Of a stretch of 64,000 nucleotides of DNA, positions 14,918 through 28,616 are shown piece after piece. This DNA is from Chrysomallon squamiferum (lineage: Eukaryota > Animalia > Mollusca). Below the pieces are notes generated by a model, which had not been told where the DNA came from, made no database searches, and saw only the letters and a list, made by a program, of their open reading frames with translations. The position numbers and the translations under genes are program-made. The stretch is from assembly GCA_012295275.1 (NCBI GenBank), contig CM022671.1:13702001-13766000 (forward strand), given 5' to 3'. Position 1 is the first letter of the stretch; the number at the start of each line of letters is the position of its first letter.

Positions 14918-16241
14918 TCCATCTTGTATTGGAAATGGGGTTAAAGTATCAATGGTAATAATCAAACATCTGTCACATACACTGCTCAGCATTACTCATT
15001 TTCTTTATGGAAACAAAGAAACAAAACGAAAAATGAAAGAAATAGATGGTTATGTAACTCTAATGCTGTTAGGATAAAGGCAGAAAAATGGGTAGTCTTG
15101 TGTGGGTGGGTGTTTAGGGTTAATGAATATGAAAAAAGTGATCTGGTACTTAGAACAAAAAATTAGGTGGAGTGAGGTAGAGGCTGGTAGGATTGTGAGG
15201 TATATGGAGTTAGATGAATGCTGACCATTGAATGAATATCAGAATGATCATACATAAATAATCTCTGATGACTGATGATGTTTGATGATATGATTTTATT
15301 TTATTATTATTTATTGATTTTTTTTAAAATTTATTTTATTGGTTTTACTAGACTTGGTCTGTAAAATAATTTGAATATTTATCTTTAATATAAGCAACAG
15401 ATTTAATTCATATTTTCAGTTCCTTTTTATTAAATTTTTAAAATCTATTTACAACACTTCAGGTAACAAATATCTGAATGTTTGTTCATGTGACAAAATG
15501 GATATAAGAAAACCTTGGTTGTAATCAATAAAATATTTACAGTAAATGGTGAAGGCAGCTTTCTTTTGCAAACCAGATGTCACACTAATGAGTTACTTAA
15601 CCCCAACAAATGTTAATGTCATAGACTGTGTGTGTTATTTTAAATAAACAGTAAAATTCTTAGATTCAGTATATAATTCTGACAAAACAAAGTTATGTGT
15701 TCTTTCATCTGCCTGTGACAGGTATGTATGAAAAGTCATAGACAACATCGTAAAGATATATTTTAGCATGAACTGCAGTTAGGTTACATAAATAAAAAAG
15801 TTTTTTGTTGGGTTTTTGGGGTTTTTTTTTAGAGGGGAGTACAAAATTTTATTTGTATGTGTGTAAAACGTTTTTCTCCTTTATTTAGCTTTCTTTTTTT
15901 TTTTTTTTAATCCTTTGTTAAATGAACACAATCAGATGATATAGGCCTACTAGAAACTTAAGTTATTTTGGCCATTTTTGAACTGTTTTTTCAAAAATGA
16001 TACTGTGTTTTAGAAATTTTATAAGTCTTGCTCCTCTCACAATTCAGTTTTCTTTATTCATTTGTTATTAAATTGATAAAGTCAGTTAATACCAGAACCG
16101 ATATACTAAAATTTGGCCTTTTACAGTATTGTATACATATACACATATGTAAGAAATATCTGAAATATTGTTACGTTTCTGCACTGTTGCATATACCTAT
16201 ATAAAAATCTTCAGTATTGCATATATACATACACCTTTTGA

Positions 16242-16578
16242 AAATATCCACAGTATTGTGTGTGTGTATGTGGACATCCATGCACCTATACAGGTATGTA
16301 GTGTATTGTGTGTACCTATATAAATATCCACAGTATTTTGTGTGTGTGTGTGGACATCCATGCACCTATACAGGTATTTAGTGTATTGTGTGTACCTATA
16401 TAAATATCCACAGTATATTGTGTGTGTGTGTGGACATCCATGCACCTATACAGGTATGTAGTGTATTGTGAGTACCTATATAAATATCCACAGTATTTTG
16501 TGTGTGTGTGTGAACATCCATGCACCTATACAGGTATGTAGTGTATTGTGTGTACCTATATAAATATCCACAGTATTT
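16242..16578. repeat. 80-bp minisatellite, about 4 copies
   Basis: Unit aaatatccacagtattttgtgtgtgtgtgtggacatccatgcacctatacaggtatgtagtgtattgtgtgtacctatat; explains the repetitive ORFs at 16171-16723. Confidence 0.95.
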
Positions 16579-19182
16579 TAACCATCCACTGTGGGATAAT
16601 GTTACACAGGTGACTTGTCCTTGGGTTGTATTCTTAGTGTACATGGAGACGGGTCACGAGATGAGTCTAGATAAAAAATACCAAGTATTAGAAAGCTGTG
16701 ATTTGTCTAGTCAGCTGAAGTGATCTGAGTAATAAAGTCAAGTACACAGGTAAAAACTGTGTTCAGGTATACTTACAATTTAACATGTATTATAGGTGAG
16801 CTTGTGATTTTGTGTATGTTTGAAGTATATATCATACATCCACATATGAAAGAAATAGAAATATCTGAAGTATACATCCACGTACATACATACTGACACA
16901 TACACAACATTTACATACATATACATATTTTATAATGTGTTAAACTGAGACTAGATGTTATTACATTTCATTGTATACATTATAATCAGTCTTGCAGGCA
17001 TTACACAAGATGTTTTCAGTGGTTCTCAAATCTCACTGGTTTTGAATATCAGACGTGTGGGTCTTTGTGTTTTACACTGTGATTATTAATCAGTATTTGT
17101 AATTCCAGTTTTGTTAATGTTTTTAAATTAAATTTCTACAGTCAGACTGGTTTCTCAGTCTGATCTTTCCAAACTGAAATGTAAAAATAATATCACAACA
17201 CTTTAAATTTTCTCAAACTGTTGATTATTGCCTTTGAAACTGCAGTGGATAACTAACTGGAATTCTTTTTAATATCTCTATAAGTCCACTTCAGGAGCAG
17301 CAGTTGGAATGGGGGAAAGTCATTTAAGTTGATTTAAAATATAAATGAAGAACATATAGATATTAAAAAGAAGCTGTATGTATAACATTGTATTATTTAT
17401 TTTATTTTATTTTAAATGTAAAATGTTTTTGTGTGTGTGTGTGTGTGTATGTGTGTGTAAAGTTATATGTGCATTTTTAATAATGGAACTTTATTTAAAA
17501 TTTGATACCAAATATGTATGTAAAAAAAATTCTATATGTATTTATTAGGTCAGAAAATATTGCTAAACTCAGCTTAACATTAAAAAGAATTAGGTTGTTT
17601 AATCTGTATTTCCCCCACCCTTTACTTGAAAAATATTTACAAGGAAAATAAATGTGGTGTTAAAATGTTTTTCCTTTACAATCAGCCGATTGTGTTGACT
17701 TGTGGTGGAGCTGTCAGTCTCAGCCCTGTCCCTCATTTTGTGTGAAAAGAGGAAGAGGCAAGCTAACAGTGCTGGTAATCATACATACCTGTATAGGTTA
17801 AAAGAGTATCAGATGTAACTCTGTGTGTGTGTGTGTTTGGAGGATAGATGTGTATGTGTGTGTGAATGTATGTAAATGTTTATATTTATGTATGCTAGCC
17901 AGTGGACTTAAAAAGAAAAGATAGCATTATCCTTTTTTCATATTTCTTTTTGTTTTGTTGAGGGGGGGTTAATTAAAAAAAAAAAAAATCATATATCTTT
18001 AACTGGTCTTATGGAGATAGTCCAATATGACTGCACTGACAACCTGTTTAAATGTGTCTTCTCGTGTGGTACAAGCTCCAGGAAAGGACTGCATGGATCG
18101 GCCTAGTTAAAGTACAGCTGTCATACTGTATTAGCATGCCCTCATACAGCTGTTGGCCTATAATCAACTCACAATGCTGTATTAAAAATGTAATATTCAA
18201 CCATGTACATTCTGTGTGTAACTGATTTCATAACTCTGTGATAAGTGGATTACACTATAATGTATGTGTGTATATATATCTTTACATACATGATGGAATT
18301 AAGCAAGGCATGTGTTTGGATTTCTTCTGCAGTTAATATGTAAGCAGACTACTAGCACAATGTTGAGTGTTGGATTGGAAGTACAGTGTGACCTCAAACA
18401 ATTTCAGTGTTTCTCATAATGATCTTTGAGTTTTAATATTATTAGTTCTTCATTTAGGCTGAATCTTTTTGGGGTTGGTACTACTTCACATACTCTGAAA
18501 CAGAGTTTGGATACATCACGACAAGTTGTTAAAGGGATGGAGGGAACAGTATGGGAAAATGAGTAATATCTTTGTTAATTAAATATGTTAATAATATTAA
18601 ATGCAGATTAATTTTTAAATTTAGGGTTAAATGTCGTATATTTATGGATATCATTTATTTTTATTAATTGTTATTAAAACATTCAACTTTTTTCTGATTC
18701 CCACTAATTGTTACTATACACATATAAGCTGAGTACAAAGCCTCTTTTAATTTAAAAACATGCTTAATATTGTATAAATGTATGTAATAAATGCATGAAG
18801 CACCAAAATCATTTAACAACATCAGACCTCTGGCTGATAATAATTTTCTTAAACAGTAAGTATTTTACATAAGTCACGATAAACACATATTTTATTTAGC
18901 ATCTTGTATGTCTTAGATTTAAAGAAAAAAGAAAAGGTTTAAATTCTTAAAGTAATTTGCAAGCAACAAATCTCAAAATCTATGTCACTTTTCAAAACTG
19001 TCTGCCACATGCATTGTTTGAATAATTTATGCTTCATGCTGGCATGTATTGAATAATATTTGCACTGTATGAGTTGTTTCTCCTTGACATACTTCTGATT
19101 TTACATAAATGCACACATAAATATTTTAGCCTACTGATGCATAGATGTATATGAGTATGTATTTTTATATGTACCTGTGAAT

Positions 19183-19216
<34 letters not shown>

Positions 19217-20469
19217 TGATATGTATTTATGTTTGTGTATGTATGGATTTGTTTGTTTGTCTGTATGTAAGAACATACATATGTATATGTTATTTGTGTT
19301 AAGTGTTTCAATGGTAATATCAAAGGATAGTTTCAACAACAAATGCAGAATCTGTTGGAAATGCATAAAAAGTTAAAATTGTTGGTTGTGAATAGACATT
19401 AAAGTTGTGATTTTAAAATTCTCAGTAAACATGACTGCTTGTTATTTGGTTCATAATAAAATACATCAGATTCATTTTGTGATGTCTAAATGTCAAATAT
19501 GACGCTAAAATCCTCATACTTTACTTTATAGTACATTTTATTAAAAATACACTCAGCTATTTTCTACATGTGACAAAGGTATTATCAGAGAATGTCTGTG
19601 TTCATATATGTATGTAATATACATGTGTGTCTATGTATGTATGGGTTTTCTTTAATACTTTTAAAATACAAAATGGATGGATTTGTATTTATCATGCTAC
19701 ATTCAAAATAACTAAATACATTAAAATGGTCTGAAAATTTGCCACATAACTATCTTATTTTATTAAAAAAAAAATTCTGTTCTGATAATGTGAATTCGTT
19801 TGTATTTTATACATATTAAAATAATGTGTGAAACTATGATTCAGTACGTATAACTAATTTCAACATTGGATATTACCCTTTCCAACCAGTATCATTTTCT
19901 GTTCTAGCCACCATTATTTCCCATTGCACTTGATATTCCATTCACAACATGTTTTATCAAACACCATATTACAGTGATAAGATGCAGGTAAAAGATTTCT
20001 TTGGGGGTATTGAAAAGAATAGCTAGTGAGATGGTATCTGATGAATTTTTTCCCCTTTATTTTTCTTTTAACCTGAATATAACATAAAATTTTTGATATT
20101 TTTAAATTACATGATTGTTTTGGAAGTTTGCAGTGGCTGTGACTGTTATATAAACCAAAATTAGTTTTCATTTTTCAGAAAATAGGAATATATTTAATAC
20201 TATTGCTCTTTTTCTCATGAGAAGAAGGCATAGCATACTTGTATGTGCTATATTTAATATATGAGTACAAAATCACTGGTTTGGAAATGTTTCCATATGA
20301 ATAAAGTGTCTGTTTTATATATACCTTTGTGTGCATGTGCATTCATATGTCTAGTCATGCATATGGGTATATGCATATGCTGTGCTTATTTTCTGTTTAG
20401 CAAATCACATAAACATTGTTTTTCATTTTACAACCTGACATGAATATTATTGTTTTACAGATCACATGA

Positions 20470-21108
20470 ATGTATAACAAGCTTCAGAGTCCACTCATGA
20501 CAAGCAGTGTTGGTAACACCTTCACTCCATCACCACCAATTGACTATAACATTGGGCCTGATGTCATCAATGATCTGACATCATCCAGCTTTGCTGACTT
20601 TGACTCTAAGCCATTGTCTAATGTGAGTAGTGATCTACTGTTGGGAACCCCCAGTCCTGACAGCATCATGACAACTTCCACAAGCCTGCCGGCATCATTT
20701 CCTTCAGACAACAATCGAATGGTGTCGAGCATTCCAAGTCCAGACAACAGCATGTCCAATGGAATGATGGTATCCAGTGCATCTTATGGGAACCTGGGCA
20801 ATACACACATGCCCAACAATGTTATAAAACAGTTCTCTGACATCAGCGTTGCAACAACGTTCACTCAACAGGGTAGTGGATTAATGTCCAACAGTGTGAA
20901 CAGTATGAACAATGGCAACCTGGGCAAGTCGTTTTCAGCAGCCAACTTGCTGACCAGTAACAGTGTCAGCAAGGCTGTCTCCACCATCACCAATCAAATA
21001 CTGTCAGCCAATGGCATGAAACCAGGCCCTAAAGCACCACACTGCAAGGTGTGCGGGGACGAGTCCTCCGGATTTCATTATGGTGTTGATTCATGTGAGG
21101 GGTGTAAG
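20470..21108 (+). CDS. NR coding exon 1: Ser/Asn/Met-rich A/B domain and zinc finger 1 (CKVCGDESSGFHYGVDSCEGCK)
   Basis: Acceptor tgttttacag ends 20460; in-frame TGA (20467-69) directly precedes ATG 20470; donor AAG|gtaaga, phase 0, at the conserved CEGCK|GFF intron position. Confidence 0.95.
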
Positions 21109-24100
21109 GTAAGATGGCTGTTTCCCTTTTTCAAACAGTATCTCTGAGTGTTTTATCTTATCTGATTTAATATCACCAAGCAGTGATTTACCATCCAACA
21201 TACACTAACAGAGTGTATCTTCCTTACATACAAGATTTACAAATTACAAAAACATGCTTCTGACACATACACACACACACACACTCACACACATACACAC
21301 ATGATAGATCTAAAGAGTTTAAAGTTTAGTCTTGCATCTAATGATATTACTGTTACTGTATGTTAAGGGTGTAATTAAAACAAATTAAAACAATCTTATT
21401 TGAAAAAAGAAAAAACTTATAATGCTAAAACTGTCTTTGAAAAACGTTTTGAAGCCCAGATTGAAGAAGTTAGTGATGAGTTTGTAAGAATTTTTCATTG
21501 ATAGAAAATCCTTTCTTTGCAACTATACAAAATATGGGGTTGGAAGTAATATTAAAATGTATTTTATAACATAAGAAATATGAACATTTCCATACTCAGT
21601 ATCCTCAACTGATAATAGAATCTAAATACTCATAAAATAACATTATATCATTATCCCCAAAATATGTCCCTCTTATGATTGTTGATTTAATGTGAGGGGT
21701 GATATATTAATTCAGTCAGTCATTAACATTGTTTAAGCATCTTTTCTTGGACATGGAATTAGAAGTGTGTTCTAGAAGGTGAATCAGGTTTCATTATTGA
21801 CAGTTTTTATATCAGCATTAAGTGAGTAAACAATAGTTATTAATTGAGCAAGTGCTTCTAGTTTTAATTAGCCATCATACATTCTTTCATTCATTTCAAG
21901 AATGATGATGTAGAAAACTGAATATAACAATACAGATGTAGGAACAGAATATGTTTAGAACTGATCACTTAGAAAGCTCAAAATGATCATTTAGAAATTT
22001 TCATTTAGGTATAACAATGATACATGATTTAGTGATTAGGCTGCTGTTGTCACTGGAAATGTGTTAGACCTACATCAATGCACTCATTCACTTAATGATT
22101 TCAGTATTGTGATTGAGAAAGCCATACTAATTTTAATTTTAATAAATAACACTTTTTACTTTACATTCTTTTTCTTTTTTTTTTCTTTCATTAACTCTAT
22201 ATTTATTTTTCCTATTTATATGTCTGGTATCTTATTTCATTGTTCAAAAACATTATCAATCAACTGAAAATCATTACTTTGTGACATTTTGCACAACAGC
22301 TGTGAATTTCAAACTTATTTAATATGTGTGAATTAGCAGTTTACTTTTTCAGTAGTAACATGATGTGATAAAATAGTGATATTTTTTGTGACAAATTAAT
22401 AACACTAATTTTAGATGTATCAGGGTTAAGACACACCTGAATGAATCAAGACTGTGATCCACAATGAACTTACTGATCTGTTCCCAAATCCTGTATTTTT
22501 TAAAAACCTTAAAAGATTCCTTGTAGTTAATGTACTTAATCAGTAACAATCCTCATGAAATGACAGTATTTTTTTACTGTAAAACATAAAATTGACATTT
22601 AATATCAAGTAACATTAAAATACATGTCATATACATTAAGTTATACAGAAAATATTGCAAATGTATAAAATATTATTTTTTTATCATCAGTAAGTAAAAA
22701 CATCTTTGAAATTTAGCAATATTAAAATACACCGTTATATTCATCATAATTTGCTAATTTATGTGAAAAAATATTATATGTTTGTAAATATGTTTATTTT
22801 GTTGTATGTCATCATTACTTTAAAAGATAAAGCTGATACCTAATAATCACCAATATTGAAATATATGTCGTAATACGCTAGAATTCATTTACATGAGTTC
22901 ATGCAAGAAATAGTGCATATTCTTTAATGTAATATGATGTCTTATATCAACATTAAGCAAAAAATATATTGACATGTAGTAATATTAAAATATATATGCT
23001 ATATTTATTATACATGAATTTATACAGAGAGCATTGCATGTGTTAAAATTATATCTTATGTCATCATTAAGTAAAAACCCATCTGTTTGACACACAGTAA
23101 TATCATATATATAGTTACATTGTTGTATTCTTCATGCATGAGTTTATATACAGTATATTTCAGGTTTATAAATGCATAATATACCATTTTATATCATTAT
23201 GTAAAACAAATATTATATTTATCAAGTATAATTTGTAAGAAAAAATAATATAACATTTGGAAAAAAGAACAAAATTGAAACTGTACATTAATTGATTTTT
23301 GAAATTGTATCTTCTGAAAAAGAAATTTCTGATTATTATTTTAAATTTAATTTCATCCAGGCAAAAGGAAGGAAGATATACTGAATTTAACGATCACTCA
23401 ACAGAAATTTAATGTGTGGTTAAGTTGCAGAGGTATATTGTTAAGGATTAAACAATAGGAAAGTCTGCAGTTGGTGTCCTAGTCTTTAGAGTTCACACTT
23501 TTCTGAAGACAGGACAACACATGCCACAGTCTTTGAAAAGCAGTTATAAACTTTCATAATAAACATTTTGTATTTTCTGAAACTGAAAGATAGGCTCTAT
23601 CTATATGTTATTTCAAAGATTGGAAAGGTATAGACAGACACCTGTAGGAAGACTTAATTAACAGTTTTCTGACACATAAACAGAATTCAGACATGCATGG
23701 TCAAAGCTAGTATCACTTTCCTATTGGTGAATGATTCTAGTTCCTATTTTTACCTAGTATAAACAACAGCAGCACAGCTAAATGGAGTTCACTGCATACT
23801 CTCGCCACAGAGGCTCACCTCCGCTCTGCGCTGACCAAATAGATCTCTTGATAATTATTTGTGTAAAGGGCAATGATCGGATAAAGCTAAATTCTCAAAA
23901 TGTCTCTCTGGCTCTTAATGCTGTGAATGAAAAAAAAATGAAAAAATGTACTTAGTGTTGTATGTGTCTGTCTGTCATTAATCTCATGAACAAATAAAAA
24001 AGGAAAAAGAAGCAAAATTGTAACATTTTGTTTTTGTTAATCCATGACTAAAACAGAACAACAATAAATTTATGCTGTCTTTTGTACCTTAATTCCATTA

Positions 24101-27100
24101 AAAAATATACATACACAAAATACACATATAAACATGTTTATCATAATGCCTTGACAAGGATAAAAAACTGAATTACAAATTTTTACAGATTATGTAAGTG
24201 TGTGTTCTAATCTTTTCATTTCAATTTGTTAAAGCCATATAAAAAGATATAAATAAATAAAATAAAACAGAAGTAAAAATTTAGATAGTATCTGTGATGG
24301 TTTGAGTGTCTGCCAGATTATATTAAGTTATCTGTTGAAACATTAAAAACATTAGAAATATTTAATAAAACTGATCAGAAATGCAAATAATTTTTTATAA
24401 GTTACTGTTTTGGATATATAATAATGTTTAGTGTATGTAGAGAATGTTTGCTTTGAATACTAATTAGTTTATAAAACAATAATGCATACCCAAACATACA
24501 CATGCATACAGATATAGATAGATAGACAGAGAGATAGATATACTATTGACTCAATGGGAAATGCTTGTTAGTTCAAATCTGAGATTTCCTAGATTTGGCC
24601 TGGATTTCCCAGAATCTTGAAAGCTGAGGTCCATCAAACTGAGGTTCAGTACACTTACTGACAAATATATTTAAGCAAATACAGACATGTTACACTTCCA
24701 AACACATACACACAAACACACACACACATACACATACATATGTGTATGTGAAATACTATTTCATTAATATTTTTCTCTATGATGGTTACTGTTTTCTGTT
24801 ACACTATTACTATATTATTATTCCTCTATTTTCTGAGTATTGTTGTTATTATTACAATTTTTTTCTAATATTCTGTTGTTATTATTATTGCTATTTTTTT
24901 CCTAATGATCTGTTACTGAATACTAAGGTTTAATGTAATTCTGATTTCAGGGTTTTTTCAGAAGATGTATAACTCAGGGAATGACCCATAAATGTGCTAA
25001 TGAAGAGAAATGTGAAATCTCGCCCTTCACCCGGAATAGCTGTCAGTACTGCCGTCTCAAAAAGTGTTTTACAGTTGGCATGTCCCGAGAGGGTGAGTAA
25101 CTTGCTTAATTAGTCAGTGGCAGATTTAGGGCTAGGTTGTGGGGATTATGATGTGTTAGGCTTTCCTTTCAAGCATTTGTTTTACCCCACCCTCCCCTCC
25201 TAAAAAAAGACAAATAAATAAATAAAAGTAAAATAATAATAATTATTTACTTTAAACTGTTTATAAAACTCCTTGGAAATTTCAGTTATAGTTTTGCTAC
25301 ACTATCTTAACATCTGTCTTGGATTTTAAGAAAATGAATATTCATTTCTTCAGTATCTTTTAATATTTTAATTTATTTTTTTATTTATTCTTTTTTATTT
25401 TCTATAAAATAATATAATATCAGATATTGCTATGACAATTTCTGATGTAACTTTAAAAAATAAATATTTTGACAAATATCTGCTACACCAAATAACTGAT
25501 ATTAAATCCTTCAAAATCACCTCTTTATAGCCATAAAAAAATAAAATAATAAAAACCCTTAAACTTGCCACTGAAATATAAATTGATAATTTTCTCATGA
25601 CATTTGAAGAATGTTCTTTCTTTTAAATCCATCATTTCATTTCTTACTGACTTTTATCTGAAATGTTACTTTTTTCACTCACTTTCTTCTGTGATACATG
25701 CTAAAAAAGAAAAAATGGCATTTCAAAAAAATAAATATTCTTATTTTTCATATTTCCCATGTTATTACCATTTTTAAAAATACTCTTTAATTAATATCTC
25801 AGTCTGTGGTTAAATCCAGTGCGATGTAATTATGTTGTTCACACTGCCCACAACACTTATCTCACTATATAAGCCTGGACTTTAGGTCTTGTAGTTGGTT
25901 TAAACTTGCAGTAAAATGATCATCTGATGATATTTCCTGTTCAGACTCTTGAGGTTTTTCACATTCCAACCTAGGGTATAAAATGTTCATCTTAAACGTT
26001 CTCTGTCAGAAGATCAGATCTTCTTGAGTTTTGCCATTCCAGCTCATTCATATATATAATAATCATCTCAAGTATTCTAGATATCTCCTATTCAGTGCAT
26101 TTTTCTGAGATTTTTTCATTCAAACGTACAACTTTGGTACTGGTATGAAATAGTCATCTAAGTACTTTATGTCAGAAGATCAGCCCTAGTCAGAAGGGTT
26201 CATCCTGTTACAACATCTGCCACAGAGTTTTGTAGATAAGCTGTGTATGTCTTATTTGTTTCACTTCTCGAAGTTACAATGTTGATAATTCTATCTAGGC
26301 TGTTTTAAAGTGTAATCTTTAAAACTAACTGAAATAAAATAAAATATTATTTATTTTTACTTTTTCTTTAAAAAGAAGATAAAATATATTGTTCTTTTTT
26401 TAATTTTTTTAATTTTTTGTTATACAATTATTATTATTAAAATGTGATATTTAAAAAAAAAATGCAGTATTTTTTCTTCCTTATCTAAATGTTTTTCAGT
26501 TGTCTTTTTTTTTTTTTTTTTTTCCTTGTTTACTCCTTGACAATTACAAAAGTCCATATTGACAAAAACTGCAGTTTATTTAATTCCATATACTGTTCAT
26601 TTGAGACAGCATGTAAAAATATATTTACTGTTTCCAAAGCAAACATTTGAGCAGTGGTGTTCTTAATAAATTTACAACCTCTTGCTCTTTATTTGCTATT
26701 TGTAGTCTTTGCCATTGTGAAATTTAGTTTTCACAAACATTGATGTAATGTGACAAAAGCATATAACCCTTACAAGATTGTGGTGGTCGAATGTGGAAAA
26801 AAACACCTAAATAACGATTAAAAACATAAATCATTCAGCAGTCATCTAAATATTATACCCAAAGTTAGCATATGACCAATTAATTGCTTGAATTTTCACA
26901 AACTGTTTGATTGTTGTGTGTCACAAACTTGATCAAGAAATGTGACGAAAAGTTGTTAAATTGTAACTGATGTGTTTTATGAAATTAAAAAGAGTGGTAT
27001 ATATTTCAAGTCTGATGTCTTTCATAGTTACAGTATGTACTCATACTGATAATAAACTTTCTGCTAGAATAGCATATTTTCCTGAGTTTTTTTAAAGAGA

Positions 27101-28581
27101 TTATTTACTGTGTATAGTGATTAAATGTTTAGATGGATGAGAGCATGTAAGCTGATAAATGAAAGAGAGACAGATCATGTTTCAAATACTGTGATTTTTT
27201 TTGGTTAAATATGTATATACAGTTTTTTGCATTTTATTCAAAATATATAGGTGTATATATATGTGTGCATACATATTTATATATTTGTGTGCTGTCTATA
27301 TGTGTATATTTTTTTAAGTGTATATCTGTGTGTGTTGAACAGCTACGTGAATAAGAAAAAGATTTTGTTTCTGTATGATATAAAAAAAAGAAATTGTTTA
27401 TGGGTTATATACATAGAAGAGTGTGTATGTGTATCTGAGCATGTGAAGCTGAAAACATGCTGCCACATTGTATTCACTGATACGTGTAGCCTTGGCTCTG
27501 TGTGCATGTTTCCCCTCACCATGTGTGTGTTTACTACAATCAGCCTCTGTCACCTTTTTCTCTTAACCTCTGACGCAGTCCAGTGCATATTTCACCTTCT
27601 CTGATTGGTTGAAAACTGGGTTAGTGACGTGCTGAGGTTAAGGAATTAATTATCTATGATATATTAAACATAATGTTTATTCAGAAGGATATAATATAGT
27701 GTTAGTAAACACATTGTTGTTGTAATAAATTATTGAAGTTTTAATGATTGGCGTAATAAAAACAATTAAAAAAATTATATATATGTATTTAATGTCCATT
27801 TTAAAAAATGTTTCAATTCACAATATTTTATTTTACAAATTAAAACAAATCCTGCCATTGTCTGTATAACATATAATGATAATAAAAAGTTTAACATAAT
27901 TCTAGAAATTTTATTATAAACATTATGTCACTAAAATTTGGATTTTGTGGATAAAATGTATAAGCTATATTTAAATTATCCAGGATTCTGATACACTGTT
28001 ACTGACATCTTTCTTATGATGCAAGTCAGTCTGCCTTATTTTTAATTATAATTCTCAATAAATCCATTTTCTTCAGTTCTAATAGATGACTTTCAGTTTT
28101 ATGATAAATATTACCATTTTGTTTCATTTGATATTGAATATGAACACCTTGTAATTTTTTTTACTTCTTACAAACATTTTGTTTCATTTGACATTTAATA
28201 CAGACATCTTTTTACACTAAAGCTAATCTCTTACATCATATTCTGAAAATGCATCCACTTTAATTTTTCTTGTAGTTCATTTTGACTTGCTGAAACTTAA
28301 CCATTTTTGGTTTCAAAACTTGATACATGCTGAACAGTTATAATTTACTGTCTGAGTATAAAAAGCTTTCACAAGTACAATGTTTGTTGACACCTGCTTG
28401 CATCTTTTCAAGGGATACTTAAATCAATGTGTTATTGACATGTTTTTCTCTCAAAGAACAGATGTGTGGGTGATGTAAAACTAATATGTAATTTGAGAGT
28501 TGTCTAATGCGCTTCCTTCTTTACTGTAGGGTTCCTCTGAACAGCTTTCTCTAATCTTATCCATCATTGTCATGTGCATAT

Positions 28582-28616
<35 letters not shown>

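Noticed and set aside
16171-16723. Repetitive His/Tyr/Cys ORFs
   Set aside because: Translations of the 80-bp minisatellite in shifting frames.
1108-19376. Many 60-130 aa ORFs in the upstream region
   Set aside because: F/L/I/C/Y-rich translations of AT-rich or microsatellite DNA; no domain motifs or consistent splice phase.
20544-20759. Antisense 71-aa ORF; likewise 45741-45995, 47628-47834 and 48890-49135
   Set aside because: Shadow ORFs opposite real exons.
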